A program made the translations under genes and the position numbers. A stretch of 63,117 bases of DNA, counting the filler, from Deltaproteobacteria bacterium (GTDB taxonomy: Bacteria; Myxococcota; JACRCW01), in assembly GCA_016218805.1 (NCBI GenBank). It is 4 parts of 4 records of this genome, joined end to end, with 100 filler letters (N's around TTAATTAATTAA, not from the genome) between each part and the next. Parts side by side here need not be neighbours in the genome. Positions count along the whole stretch, not along the records: positions 1 to 24,971 come from JACRCW010000019.1; 3 more parts are not named here. The stretch is one strand, 5' to 3'. The notes beneath the pieces are model-generated. The model saw only the letters and a list, made by a program, of their open reading frames with translations. It ran no database searches and was not told the origin of the DNA. Positions 1-9,169 of the stretch are shown piece after piece; the stretch's first letter is position 1, and every line of letters starts with the position of its first letter.

Positions 1-147
1 CTGGACACCCAACAGCTTCAGCCATATGTGCGCGTCCGCGTCCGTTCCGTGGCCTGTGTGATCGTCGACAAACACCACGGTGGCATTGGAACGGATGCTG
101 TCGCCCCCCCTCCGGGACCCACTTTCATGTCAGGAGAGCCAAATAAA

Positions 148-2754
148 TCACGGGCCGCAGGCTTCCGTTGTCGCCGTTTCAAACCAGAGGTCCATGGCTT
201 GGTCAACAAAGTAGGCGCCGTACGCCGTGTCATAGAACCAGCGTCCTCCCGCGTAGGGGTTCCCCGTCTTCCCCAACACCGTCAGGGACTGCGACGGATC
301 GGTGATTCGGAACGAGTAGACGCTGCCAACGGTGAGCATGGGCCCCTGGAGCGCCAGGGTCTGGGGACCGGTCACATTGGGCAGGGTATGTTGGCCGGAG
401 TACAACTCGGTGGTGAGCCCTTCCCCCGCGTACACCCGCAGCGTCACCGTTTGTGAACCGGAAAGTCCGTTCTTGTAGATCGTCAGGCCAACCAGTTGGC
501 CGGCCATCCCCGCGGTGAAGCTCTGTGCGCCGTCGTAGATCAGCGCCCCGGTGCTGGAGGCGTCCTGGCGCTGGTCCACGCGCGTCTGCGGGTTGGGTGT
601 ACCCGTGCATCCTCCGCCCACGCAGTGGTCTCCGGCCGTGCACGCCTGCCCGTCGTCGCAGGACGTGTTGTCGGCCGCGTTGACGTAGGAACACGCGCCC
701 GTGGCGGGCGCGCAAGTGCCCACCTGGCAGGCAACCGGCGCGCAACTCACGGGGGTCCCGCCGGCACAACGCCCGGCAAAACAGGCGTCGCTCTGCGTGC
801 AGGCGTCTGCGTCGTCACAGGCGGCGCCGTTGGGTTGGCCGGTGCAGGGCCCGCCGCAAACTTCCGCTATTGACGTCTCAAACCAGAGGTCCAATGCCTG
901 GTCAATGAAATAGCTGCCATACGCCGTGTCATGGAACCAGCGTCCGCCCGCGTAGGGGTTTCCCGTCTTCCCCACGGATCCCAGGGACAGTGACGGGTCG
1001 TTGATGCGGAAGGAATAGACCCCGCCGGCGGTGAGCATGGGTCCCTGCAGCGACAGGGTCTGTGGACCGGTGGCGTTGGGCAGCGTGTGCTGACCGGTGT
1101 ACAGTTCCGTGGTGAACCCTTCCCCCAGATACACCCGCAGCGTCACCGTCTGGGAACCGGAAAGACCGTTCTTGTAGATCGTGAGGCCAACGAGCTGGCC
1201 GGCTGCCCCAGCCGTGAAGCTCTGCGCGCCATCATGGATCAGCGCGCCCGTGCTGTATGCAGTCTGGCTTTGGTCCACGCGCGTCTGCGGGTTGGGCGTG
1301 CCCGTGCATCCGCCACTGACACAGTAGTCTCCCGTGGTGCAAGCCAGTCCGTCGTTGCAGGAGGTCCCGTCCTGGGCCACGGCGGTTTCGCACGCGCCGG
1401 TCGCCGTGTTGCAACCACCCACCTCGCAGGTGCCGGGCTGGCAGACCACCAGGTTGGAGCCCACGCAGGTGCCTTGCGCGCAGGCGTCCACCTGGGTGCA
1501 TGCGTTGCCGTCGTCGCAGAGCGTGCCGTCGGGCGCACGGGGGTTGCTGCAAGCGCCGCTGGCGGGGTCACAAGTGCCCGCAAGGTGACACGCGTCCTGC
1601 GCCGTACACGCCACCGCGCCGGCGCTGGTGCAGTTCCCCGCCACGCACGAATCGCCAAGCGTACACGCATCCCCATCACTGCAAGGGGTGCTATCGGGTG
1701 CGGGCGGATTGCTGCAGGCGCCGGTGGCGGGGTCACAGGTGCCGGCCCGGTGGCACGGGTCCTGGATTTCACAGGTCAGCGCGCTGCCGCTGCTGCAGTT
1801 GCCCGCCACGCACGCATCACCCAATGTGCAGGCGTTCCCGTCGGTGCAGGGTGTTCCGTCTGGCGCGTTTGGGTTGCTGCAACCGCCGGTGGCGGGGTCA
1901 CAGCTGCCCGCCAGGTGGCACACATCCAACCCGCCGCAGGTGAGCATGCACACACACATGGCGATGCCGGAGGTGTCCGCGCAGGTTCCCGTCCCGCAGT
2001 CAAGTCCGGCGGTGGTGCAATCTGCCTGGCACGTGCCGTTGCGATCGTGATCCTGGAACCCCAATGCGCAGCGTTCGCATTGGTCCCCGGCAACCGCCAC
2101 GGGGCACACACACACCGCCAGTCCGCTGGCGTCCGAGCAGCTTCCCGGCCCACATGGGAGCGCCGCGGTGACACAATCCGGATTGCACGTCGCGTCTCCA
2201 TCGTGGTCCTGCTGGCCCGGCGGGCAAGTCTCCCCCCCGCTGCCCGAGGAACCACCCGCGCTGCTGCTGGTCACGCCGGAAGTGCCAGACGCGGCGGCAG
2301 TGGCTGACGTGCCGGACGCCGCTCCGCGCGAGGATGACGACGGCTCCGCGCCGGTTGACGTTCCATCCGACGACCCGTGGCTGGCGGAAGAAGAGCTGGA
2401 GAAGGAAACCGCACCCGAGGCGCTGTTGGCCAGGCTGGTGGCGGGCGCGCCGGAGGTTGCGGCGCCGCGGGATGATGCGGAAGCGCTGGTTGGCCCGTCC
2501 CCGGACCGACTGCTGCTCCGGTTGCCGGACGGCGAACCCACGGAGGAAGCCTGGGATGAGGTGGAACCGGCGGCCGCACCCCCGTCTTCCGACGACGAGG
2601 GCGGTCCCGTTCGGCACCTCCCGCTCACGCACAGCTGCCCGTTCAGGCAGTCCGCATCGGTGTCGCACGCGGCGGATTCCAGGCACCCAGCAGCCAGGCT
2701 GGCCATCACCATCACCGCGGCCCCCAGGGGGAGCGCGTTTGCTTTGCACGCCAT
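148..2754 (-). CDS. Cys-rich repeat surface lipoprotein (868 aa) with Ser-rich linker, Dictyostelium-type Cys repeats and two copies of a beta-rich (choice-of-anchor-R-like) domain
   Basis: Lipobox AAGC; CxxDxDCxxGxxCxxGxC module; long Ser/Gly/Ala linker; repeated C-x-DG-x-ACT-xx-D-x-C-xx-G-x-C; duplicated DQ..GAQSFTAG..NPYAGGRWF..DLWFET domain; GGAG-type RBS upstream. Confidence 0.85.
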   Translation of the reverse strand: MACKANALPLGAAVMVMASLAAGCLESAACDTDADCLNGQLCVSGRCRTGPPSSSEDGGAAAGSTSSQASSVGSPSGNRSSSRSGDGPTSASASSRGAATSGAPATSLANSASGAVSFSSSSSASHGSSDGTSTGAEPSSSSRGAASGTSATAAASGTSGVTSSSAGGSSGSGGETCPPGQQDHDGDATCNPDCVTAALPCGPGSCSDASGLAVCVCPVAVAGDQCERCALGFQDHDRNGTCQADCTTAGLDCGTGTCADTSGIAMCVCMLTCGGLDVCHLAGSCDPATGGCSNPNAPDGTPCTDGNACTLGDACVAGNCSSGSALTCEIQDPCHRAGTCDPATGACSNPPAPDSTPCSDGDACTLGDSCVAGNCTSAGAVACTAQDACHLAGTCDPASGACSNPRAPDGTLCDDGNACTQVDACAQGTCVGSNLVVCQPGTCEVGGCNTATGACETAVAQDGTSCNDGLACTTGDYCVSGGCTGTPNPQTRVDQSQTAYSTGALIHDGAQSFTAGAAGQLVGLTIYKNGLSGSQTVTLRVYLGEGFTTELYTGQHTLPNATGPQTLSLQGPMLTAGGVYSFRINDPSLSLGSVGKTGNPYAGGRWFHDTAYGSYFIDQALDLWFETSIAEVCGGPCTGQPNGAACDDADACTQSDACFAGRCAGGTPVSCAPVACQVGTCAPATGACSYVNAADNTSCDDGQACTAGDHCVGGGCTGTPNPQTRVDQRQDASSTGALIYDGAQSFTAGMAGQLVGLTIYKNGLSGSQTVTLRVYAGEGLTTELYSGQHTLPNVTGPQTLALQGPMLTVGSVYSFRITDPSQSLTVLGKTGNPYAGGRWFYDTAYGAYFVDQAMDLWFETATTEACGP
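157..1554 (-). repeat. Intragenic tandem duplication, period 699 nt (233 aa); outer boundaries approximate
   Basis: ggtccacgcgcgtctgcgggttggg occurs at 573 and 1272; the two translated halves align along their length. Confidence 0.85.
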
Positions 2755-2766
2755 GAATCTCTCCTG

Positions 2767-3624
2767 TCAGGAAACAATGAAGACCAACACAACTCCGCCC
2801 GCACCAATGGCGGCCATGGCCAGGAACACCAGGCCGCCAAGCGCGGCGGTTCCCAAGCCCACAAAGATGGCGGTCTGCATGGGTTGCTGATACGCGGCGA
2901 ATCCCGGAACGTAGTTGAACAGCGCGTAGTTCAACCCCGCGGCGGACGCGCCGCCGGCTGCGGCCAGCAGCGAGACTGCGGCACCCAGAAGACCAAGCGC
3001 CCCCACCGTCCCGGCCAGGATGGCGCCGACGCTCGGCCCCCGGCGAGCCGTGGCAAGTCGCGCTGCTTGGTCAGCCGGCGGCGCCGGGGTGGGGACGGCG
3101 ACCACCGGGGGTGGGCTGGCCGGGGCGGCGCTGACGTCTGCGGCGCGGACGCGGGAGCTTGCCAGCATGGCGTCCATGATGCCGTCCACGGCCTTGAGGA
3201 GGATGGCCTCGTTTGGTCCTTCGATGGGGCTGCTGACGGATCCCTCGGCGACGCCCGTGGCGACATGGATCAGCCTGGCATTGAATAGCCAGGTTTCGCC
3301 GAGCCGCCCAAGGCTTCCTGTGACGATATAATCCACCCCCAGCGCGCCGGCGATTTCGGCAAGGCACGAGGTGGAGTCGCATTTGGCAAGTTGCTTCTGC
3401 GCTTCGAAGTTCAGGGCCGCCTGAACTTCGGAAGCGCTGGTGACGCGGGAGAAACGGTGGCTTCTCCTCAGGCTTTCCACCAGGTTGTCCGTGAGCAACT
3501 CCGCCACGTCCGCATGCACGCCTTGCTTGGCGGCGAGGCCCAGGACCGCCACGCTGGGTTGGGCAGGTGTGGTGCCGCCGGCAGGGGTGGCGGTCAACGC
3601 CAAACACACAAGCAGGTTCATCAT
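2767..3624 (-). CDS. Exported TolB-N/CsgG/DUF2380-like alpha/beta domain protein with C-terminal hydrophobic helices
   Basis: Signal peptide; VAVLGL...CDSTSCLAEIAGALGVDYIVTGSLGRLG...NARLI pattern; Pro linker; two hydrophobic Gly/Ala-rich C-terminal segments; stop 12 nt upstream of the lipoprotein gene. Confidence 0.75.
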   Translation of the reverse strand: MMNLLVCLALTATPAGGTTPAQPSVAVLGLAAKQGVHADVAELLTDNLVESLRRSHRFSRVTSASEVQAALNFEAQKQLAKCDSTSCLAEIAGALGVDYIVTGSLGRLGETWLFNARLIHVATGVAEGSVSSPIEGPNEAILLKAVDGIMDAMLASSRVRAADVSAAPASPPPVVAVPTPAPPADQAARLATARRGPSVGAILAGTVGALGLLGAAVSLLAAAGGASAAGLNYALFNYVPGFAAYQQPMQTAIFVGLGTAALGGLVFLAMAAIGAGGVVLVFIVS

Positions 3625-3742
3625 CGGTGGGATCCCAATCTGAGCACGCGGGAAAGCGCAGGTTGGCGCACGCCGGCCGTGTCTTCCGCCCGCGCGGCCC
3701 TTGGCCGCGGCTCAGGCGCCGCCGTGCCGGGTGATTCGCCGT

Positions 3743-4174
3743 TCATCCGTTGTTCGCGGCGCCGGGAGGAGCGGCCCGCACGCACAGGTGCCGGCCAAGC
3801 GCCCGGTCAAACTTGCCAATGTGGCTGATGAGCCAGTCGGACAAGAGGCGGCTGGCGCTGAGCTGCGTGCTGGGACCGGGGCCGGCCGTGGCCGCCTGAT
3901 GTTTGAGTTCAGCCAGGGCGCGCACCAACCCGTCATGCTGCGCCTTGTACTCATGATAGTGCGGACAGGCGGTGGCTTTCATGTGCCGCTCTTCCTCACC
4001 AAAGTGCACCACCACGTATTCCTCCAAGAATACCAGGGGCGCCCGCAGTTCCTGGGCGCTCCTTCCCGTGCGGCATGCATCAAAGCTGCGGTTGATGCGA
4101 TCAATGAACTCCATGTGCTGCTGGTCAATCTCCGCCACGCCCGTTTCCAGGCTGTGGTTCCATTGCAGTGCCAA
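3743..4174 (-). CDS. Bacteriohemerythrin-like protein (TTG start)
   Basis: W..SLETGV..IDQQH, HF.EEE..M, WL..HI...D hemerythrin motifs; GGAGGG RBS before the TTG. Confidence 0.9.
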   Translation of the reverse strand: MALQWNHSLETGVAEIDQQHMEFIDRINRSFDACRTGRSAQELRAPLVFLEEYVVVHFGEEERHMKATACPHYHEYKAQHDGLVRALAELKHQAATAGPGPSTQLSASRLLSDWLISHIGKFDRALGRHLCVRAAPPGAANNG

Positions 4175-4660
4175 GGGTGCGCCCCTCCGTGATGCAAAGC
4201 GCGGTAAACTCTACCATGCTGTTGCCGTGAATTCACCCAGATCATGGCGCCGTCTGTGACTTTCCGGTGACAAGCCGGTGACGATGTGGAACTGGGGCAG
4301 GAACGTCCACGGTCGCCAACCCGCGGCACAACGCCGCGGAATGCGCCGAATCAACGACAATTGCGCTGAAACGGCCTCCGGCTGTCTCACGACTGAGACA
4401 TGGTCGGCGGTGGATTGCTGCTGTTGCGCTCCCTTCGCGGAAGGCACCTTGTCAAGTGGGGCTGCGGCTGCCGGCAGCGTTCGCCCGGTCGTTTGCACAG
4501 CGTTTTGTCGTGCGCCCCCCTTTCCCAACATGCTCCGCGCCGGTGGGGGAGACGTGCACGAAGCGGTTGGAGGACGGGCGCGGCCACGGTGGCGGCGGCA
4601 CCCGCGGCCGCCGCTGGGGCGTGAACGGTTTGACGGCGTCACGCACCGCGGCGGGTCCAG

Positions 4661-4685
4661 GCCCCGCCGCTACGACGGCGGGGCG
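4661..4685. terminator. GC-rich hairpin just downstream of fhs (possible terminator or REP-like)
   Basis: gccccgccg / cggcggggc 9-bp inverted repeat about 16 nt past the fhs stop; no clear U tract. Confidence 0.35.
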
Positions 4686-4701
4686 ATTGATCGACTCCGC
4701 T

Positions 4702-6345
4702 TCAGTGCAGGCCGGTCACCCGCCACTGCCCGTCTTCGCCGCGGGAGATGTCCATGTTCTCCGCCGCCGGGTGTTCATGCAGCCCGGGCATGGTGAGGAT
4801 GGAACCGCACAGCGCCACCAGGAAACCCGCGCCCTGGGACACGCGCATCCCGGTCACCTTCAACACGTACGGCGCCGGCCGGCCGCGCACCTCCGCGCGG
4901 TCGGATATGGACAGGTGCGTCTTGGCCATGCACACCGGCAGTGACGTCAACCCCGCCGCTTCCAGGCCCGCCAGCTCCTTGCGCGCCGCGTCGGTGAACT
5001 CCACGCCCGTGGCGCCAAACACCGTCCGCGCAATGGCCTCCACCTTGGCGGGCACCGGCTGGGAGGGGTCATACGGCAGGCGCAACCGCGGGCTGTCCTC
5101 CGGGTGCGCCTTGAGGTGCGCGGACACCGCGTCGGCCAGGTCCAGCGCGCCGGCACCGCCTTCGCCAAAGTGGCGGGCCTCCACCACCCGGCACCCCTTG
5201 GGCTCCAGCGCCGCCCGCACCGCCGCCAGCTCCTCCGGCGAATCCGTGGGGTAACGGTTCACCGCAATGATGGGCGGGTCCAGGCCCAGCCGCTCCATGG
5301 CCTCCACGTGCGCCAGCACGTTGTCCAGCCCGGCGCGCACGGCGGCCACGTCCGCGGACGCAAAGTCCTCTTTTCCGCCGTGGAAGCGCAGCGCACGCAC
5401 CGTCACCACCTGCACCACGGCGGCGGGGCGGAAGCCGCCCGCCCGGGCTTTCAAATCCAGGAACTTGAAGCCGCCCAGGTCAAAGGCAAACCCCGCTTCG
5501 GTGATCACCACGTCCGCCAGCCGGCGCGCCAGCTGCGTCTGCATCAGCGTGGAGGTCCCCTGCGCCACGTTCCCAAACGGCCCGCCGTGGATGAACACGG
5601 GATTGCCCTCCAGGGTCTGCACCAGGTTGGGCCGCGTGGCCTCCAACAGCAGCACCGCCATGGGGCCGCCCGCCTTGAGATCCCCCGCGGTGACCGCCTT
5701 CCCGTGCGCGTCCAACCCAATGATGATCCGGTCCAACCTCCGCCGCAGGTCCTCCACGTTGCGGGACATGCACAGGATGGCCATCACTTCGCTGGCGGCG
5801 GTGATGTCAAAGCGCTCCTTGCGCCGCGGCCCCTTCTTGGTGGCAAACCCCACTTCAATGGACCGCAGCGCGCGGTCATTCATGTCCATGGCGCGGCCCC
5901 ACCGCACCGCTTCCGGAGCCAGGCGCGGGGCCTCCGCGTGGAACAGGTGGTTGTCCACCATGGCCGCCAACAGGTTGTGCGCGGCGGTGACGGCGTGGAT
6001 GTCACCGGTGAAATGCAGGTTGATGGAGTCCTCCGGCAGCACGCGCGCCCGGCCGCCGCCCACCGCGCCGCCCTTGGCGCCAAACACCGGGCCCAACGAC
6101 GGCTCGCGCAGCGCGCCCACCGCGCGCACGCCGCGCAGCCGCAGGGCGTCCAGCAGGCCAATCACCGTCGTGGTCTTGCCCTCGCCCGCCGGCGTGGGCG
6201 TCATGGCGGTGACCAGGACCACGCGGCCGCGCTCGGGCGCGGTGATGCGCTCAGGGTCCACCTTCATCAGCCAGCGGCCCCGCAACTCGCGGGCGTCCGC
6301 GGGGATGTCCAGCGTGTCGGCAATCGCGTCGGGCGTCAGGGGCAT
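4702..6345 (-). CDS. fhs: Formate--tetrahydrofolate ligase
   Basis: TPTPAGEGKTT, REPSLGPVFG.KGGA.GGG, INLHFTGDIHA, FDITAASEVMA, HGGPFGN, VCMAKT, TMPGL motifs. Confidence 0.97.
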   Translation of the reverse strand: MPLTPDAIADTLDIPADARELRGRWLMKVDPERITAPERGRVVLVTAMTPTPAGEGKTTTVIGLLDALRLRGVRAVGALREPSLGPVFGAKGGAVGGGRARVLPEDSINLHFTGDIHAVTAAHNLLAAMVDNHLFHAEAPRLAPEAVRWGRAMDMNDRALRSIEVGFATKKGPRRKERFDITAASEVMAILCMSRNVEDLRRRLDRIIIGLDAHGKAVTAGDLKAGGPMAVLLLEATRPNLVQTLEGNPVFIHGGPFGNVAQGTSTLMQTQLARRLADVVITEAGFAFDLGGFKFLDLKARAGGFRPAAVVQVVTVRALRFHGGKEDFASADVAAVRAGLDNVLAHVEAMERLGLDPPIIAVNRYPTDSPEELAAVRAALEPKGCRVVEARHFGEGGAGALDLADAVSAHLKAHPEDSPRLRLPYDPSQPVPAKVEAIARTVFGATGVEFTDAARKELAGLEAAGLTSLPVCMAKTHLSISDRAEVRGRPAPYVLKVTGMRVSQGAGFLVALCGSILTMPGLHEHPAAENMDISRGEDGQWRVTGLH

Positions 6346-6557
6346 GGGCGGGCTTCTCCGTCGGGGGCGGCGCGGGTGTAGGCCGGCGCAGGGGGGGCAT
6401 CAACACCGGTGCCGTCAGCGCCTTGGGCGGGAGCGCGGCGCCGCCACCCGCCAACGAACAAGGTCCGCCAGCGCGCGGAATGCACTCATTGTTTCACCGC
6501 CGACCTCGCCGCCCACGGCCGCGACGCCGGCAGACCACTCAACCGCCGGGCCGCAAC

Positions 6558-7727
6558 TCAGCCCTCAATGGCCCCGGGCAGGCGGACGGACAGGCCGCCC
6601 TTGAGCTTGGGCGCCACGCCCTTCTTGTTGGCGTTGGAGAACACCACCTCCACCTGCTGGCCCTGCACACCATTGTTGTCAATGGGGGTGACCACCAGCG
6701 GATCGCCGTTCTGCAGGTTCTTGAGACCCACCGCCAGGGTGGAGCCGGAGTTGAGGTCGCGCCGAACCTCAAAGGTCTCACCCGTGCGCTGGTTCTGCAC
6801 CCGCACCATGGCGCCGGGCTCAAGCGCGCCGGGGGCAACCAGGGTGAACGGGTTGTCCACCAGGGCCTTCAAATCCACCCGGCCCAGGATGCCGTCCTGG
6901 CTGCCCACGCCCGCCGCAATCTCCGCGTTGGCAAACAGGAGCTTGTTGCTCACCAGGGCGGACGCAGCGTCGCGCACGTCCTGGGGCAGGGTGGTGTTCT
7001 GCGCCAGTTGCTTGAGCGTGTCCCGCGTCAGCGGCGGTTCGCCGGTCTTGCCCAACGCGGCCGCCAGCTTGTCATAGTTGTTGTACAGCACGCCGGCGGT
7101 GGCGCGGTCCGCGTCCGACCAGGCGGCCACGCGGATGCGTGACTCGGTCAGCAGGGGCGGACGCGCGTCATTGACGGCCTTGGCAATGACGTTCTTGCGC
7201 GTGCCCTCGCCGTCCAGCATGGAAACGCTGGCGCCCCGCTGGTTGCTCCAATTGCCGTTCTCCACCACGTGGCCGTTGGCCCATTCGTTGGCCTGCACCT
7301 CCACGTTGATGACGCCTGACGCGTTGCCGGCCTGGTCCACCGCGCGCAGCCCCAGCACGTCACCGGGCTTGATGCCCATCTGCTCCATCTGCTCCGTGGT
7401 CAGGTACACGGCGGCCTGGCGGTTGCCCACGTCACGGCCGGTGAAATCCAGCGTCAGCTTGTCCCGCCCAAAGCTGGCGCCCGGGTCCTTGGACAGGTTC
7501 ACCACTTCCAGGCGCGTGCCCATCTCAACGTTGCCCAGCTCCAGGTACAACGGGTCGCGCCGCCCGGCGGAGACGCCTGGCGTCGCGTTGTCGGTCCGCA
7601 CGCTCGCGCCGGCGGCGGCCTTGTCGTACGCCATGCAGCGCACCAGGCTGGGTGTGGGCGGCGCCGTGGTGTCACCGGTGTGAGTGGGTCGGAGGGCTCC
7701 AGCGGGGGGTTTGCCTTGGATGGACAT
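6558..7727 (-). CDS. Hypothetical protein (389 aa), beta-rich, with an inserted HrpF/NolX-like helical module
   Basis: GAGGAG RBS; native codon bias; RAVDQAGNAS Ig-like strand; no signal peptide. Confidence 0.75.
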   Translation of the reverse strand: MSIQGKPPAGALRPTHTGDTTAPPTPSLVRCMAYDKAAAGASVRTDNATPGVSAGRRDPLYLELGNVEMGTRLEVVNLSKDPGASFGRDKLTLDFTGRDVGNRQAAVYLTTEQMEQMGIKPGDVLGLRAVDQAGNASGVINVEVQANEWANGHVVENGNWSNQRGASVSMLDGEGTRKNVIAKAVNDARPPLLTESRIRVAAWSDADRATAGVLYNNYDKLAAALGKTGEPPLTRDTLKQLAQNTTLPQDVRDAASALVSNKLLFANAEIAAGVGSQDGILGRVDLKALVDNPFTLVAPGALEPGAMVRVQNQRTGETFEVRRDLNSGSTLAVGLKNLQNGDPLVVTPIDNNGVQGQQVEVVFSNANKKGVAPKLKGGLSVRLPGAIEG

Positions 7728-8182
7728 GGCGGCTCCTCAGGGAGGTGGAAAGGCGCGCGAGCCTGCCATACGCGCCCAAGGCTGCCAAGCCATGACGGCC
7801 ACCCGCGGCGACACGTGGGCTCGACGCTGCGTGCGAGATGACGTGCTTCACTGCGTCGGGTCCGCCGCGGTCCAGACCGCGTGCGCGCCATCACGCGCCA
7901 GGGGTCGCGTTGGTGACATCGGATACCGGCATCACGGCACTTCAAGGATCCTGCCGGCGGAGAAGCCGGAACGCGTCAAGCATCCGCCCCGCCTGCTCCA
8001 CGGAGATTTGATTTGATTTGGCGGCGCTCCTGAGCGGAGTGAGTTCCCTTTTCAAAGGCGTGGGCGCGCGGTTGTGTGACCAGCGCGTGGGGTCACCGTC
8101 ATGACGCAGTTGTGGCAGGCGGGGTTGCGCTTGCACGGATGGCCACCGCCGGGGCCGCCCGACCACCGCGCGTGCACGCGGG

Positions 8183-8692
8183 TCACGGCTTCAAGCACAA
8201 CCCCATCGCAATGTCGTCCAGGTACTGTCCCGGCCCCAGCCGGATGCGCCTCTGCAAGCGCCCCTCCTCAACAAAGCCCAGCTTCTGGTACAGCGCCAGG
8301 GCCACCGCGTTGCCTGAACGGGCGCGGAGCTCCACCTTCTCCACGCCGGGAGCGGCGCGGGCCCAGGCAAGCAGCGCAGTGAGCAGCGCCTTGCCGATGC
8401 CCTTCCCCTGCCAACCCGGATGCACTGCCAGCGTCAACTGGACCACGTGGCGCGTCACCTCGAGGGCCAGTGGGTCCAACATGGCGTGACCGACGATGGC
8501 GCCATCCATCTCTGCAACCAGGTAACGGCCGCCTTCCGCTGTGGCGAGCTCGGCGATCTTGGCAGCGAACTTCCCATCACTCAGCTCATGCGGCCGCGAT
8601 GCGAGCAGCCCGGGTGTCCGCGCGATTTCCCGTTCTGTGGCAGCCAGGGCGGGCGCATCCTGGAGGGTGGCCGGACGAATCTTGAGTGCCAT
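8183..8692 (-). CDS. GNAT family N-acetyltransferase
   Basis: KIRPAT..DA start; LAVHPGWQGKGIG acetyl-CoA motif; N..ALALYQKLGF; start set at ATG 8692. Confidence 0.92.
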   Translation of the reverse strand: MALKIRPATLQDAPALAATEREIARTPGLLASRPHELSDGKFAAKIAELATAEGGRYLVAEMDGAIVGHAMLDPLALEVTRHVVQLTLAVHPGWQGKGIGKALLTALLAWARAAPGVEKVELRARSGNAVALALYQKLGFVEEGRLQRRIRLGPGQYLDDIAMGLCLKP

Positions 8693-8796
8693 GGGTGGGT
8701 CCTGGTGCAAGGGGTGCCCCAGAAAGACGAAGGCCCGCGATTGCTCGCGGGCCTCCACCGTTTCACAGGTTCGGACCGGTTGGGTCCGTGCCCCCG

Positions 8797-9000
8797 TCAG
8801 CCCACCGGGCGGACGTTCTGGGCCTGCTCACCCTTGCGGCCGGGCACCACTTCAAACTCCACCTGCTGGCCTTCCTGCAGGCTCTTGAACCCGTTGCCGG
8901 CGATGGCGCTGAAATGGACGAACACGTCCGCGCCACCCTCACGAGCGATAAACCCAAACCCCTTGGCGTCATTGAACCACTTCACGGTACCGACTGGCAT
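8797..9000 (-). CDS. cspA: Cold-shock protein (CspA family)
   Basis: [15 protein letters not shown] (RNP1), DVFVHFSAI (RNP2), 67 aa. Confidence 0.97.
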   Translation of the reverse strand: MPVGTVKWFNDAKGFGFIAREGGADVFVHFSAIAGNGFKSLQEGQQVEFEVVPGRKGEQAQNVRPVG

Positions 9001-9169
9001 CTTGCCCTTGCTTTCTGTGAGAACGGCGGAGCCGTACCCCTGAATCCGCTGCTACCGACATGGCAGCCGCGTCGCTCCCCCGGGGTCATCCCCGTAGGGG
9101 CGGCGGCCTTTTGTCATACCCCACGTCACCCCGCAACCCCTTTTCGCGTCGCCGCGGATCAGGGTTGGA

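Noticed and set aside
157..1554. Duplicated domain (or the 258-bp pair) as a DGR template/variable repeat
   Set aside because: No reverse transcriptase in the window; differences are not adenine-specific; both domain copies are in frame in one gene.
4370..4460. Minus-strand sequence resembling a GEMM-I (c-di-GMP/cGAMP) riboswitch (…ccgcgaaggg…gagacagccgg…)
   Set aside because: The GxCGCAAAGC junction and a clean GNRA-capped P2 stem are missing; resemblance is only partial.
7942..8166. Small ORFs between the 389-aa gene and the GNAT gene, and at 1-147
   Set aside because: No RBS, motifs or typical codon bias; left unannotated.
9103..9118. GCGGC-N5-GTC-type RegA boxes (here and near 19800 and 20362)
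   Set aside because: Degenerate GC-rich consensus that occurs by chance at this GC content; cannot be supported without a trained matrix.
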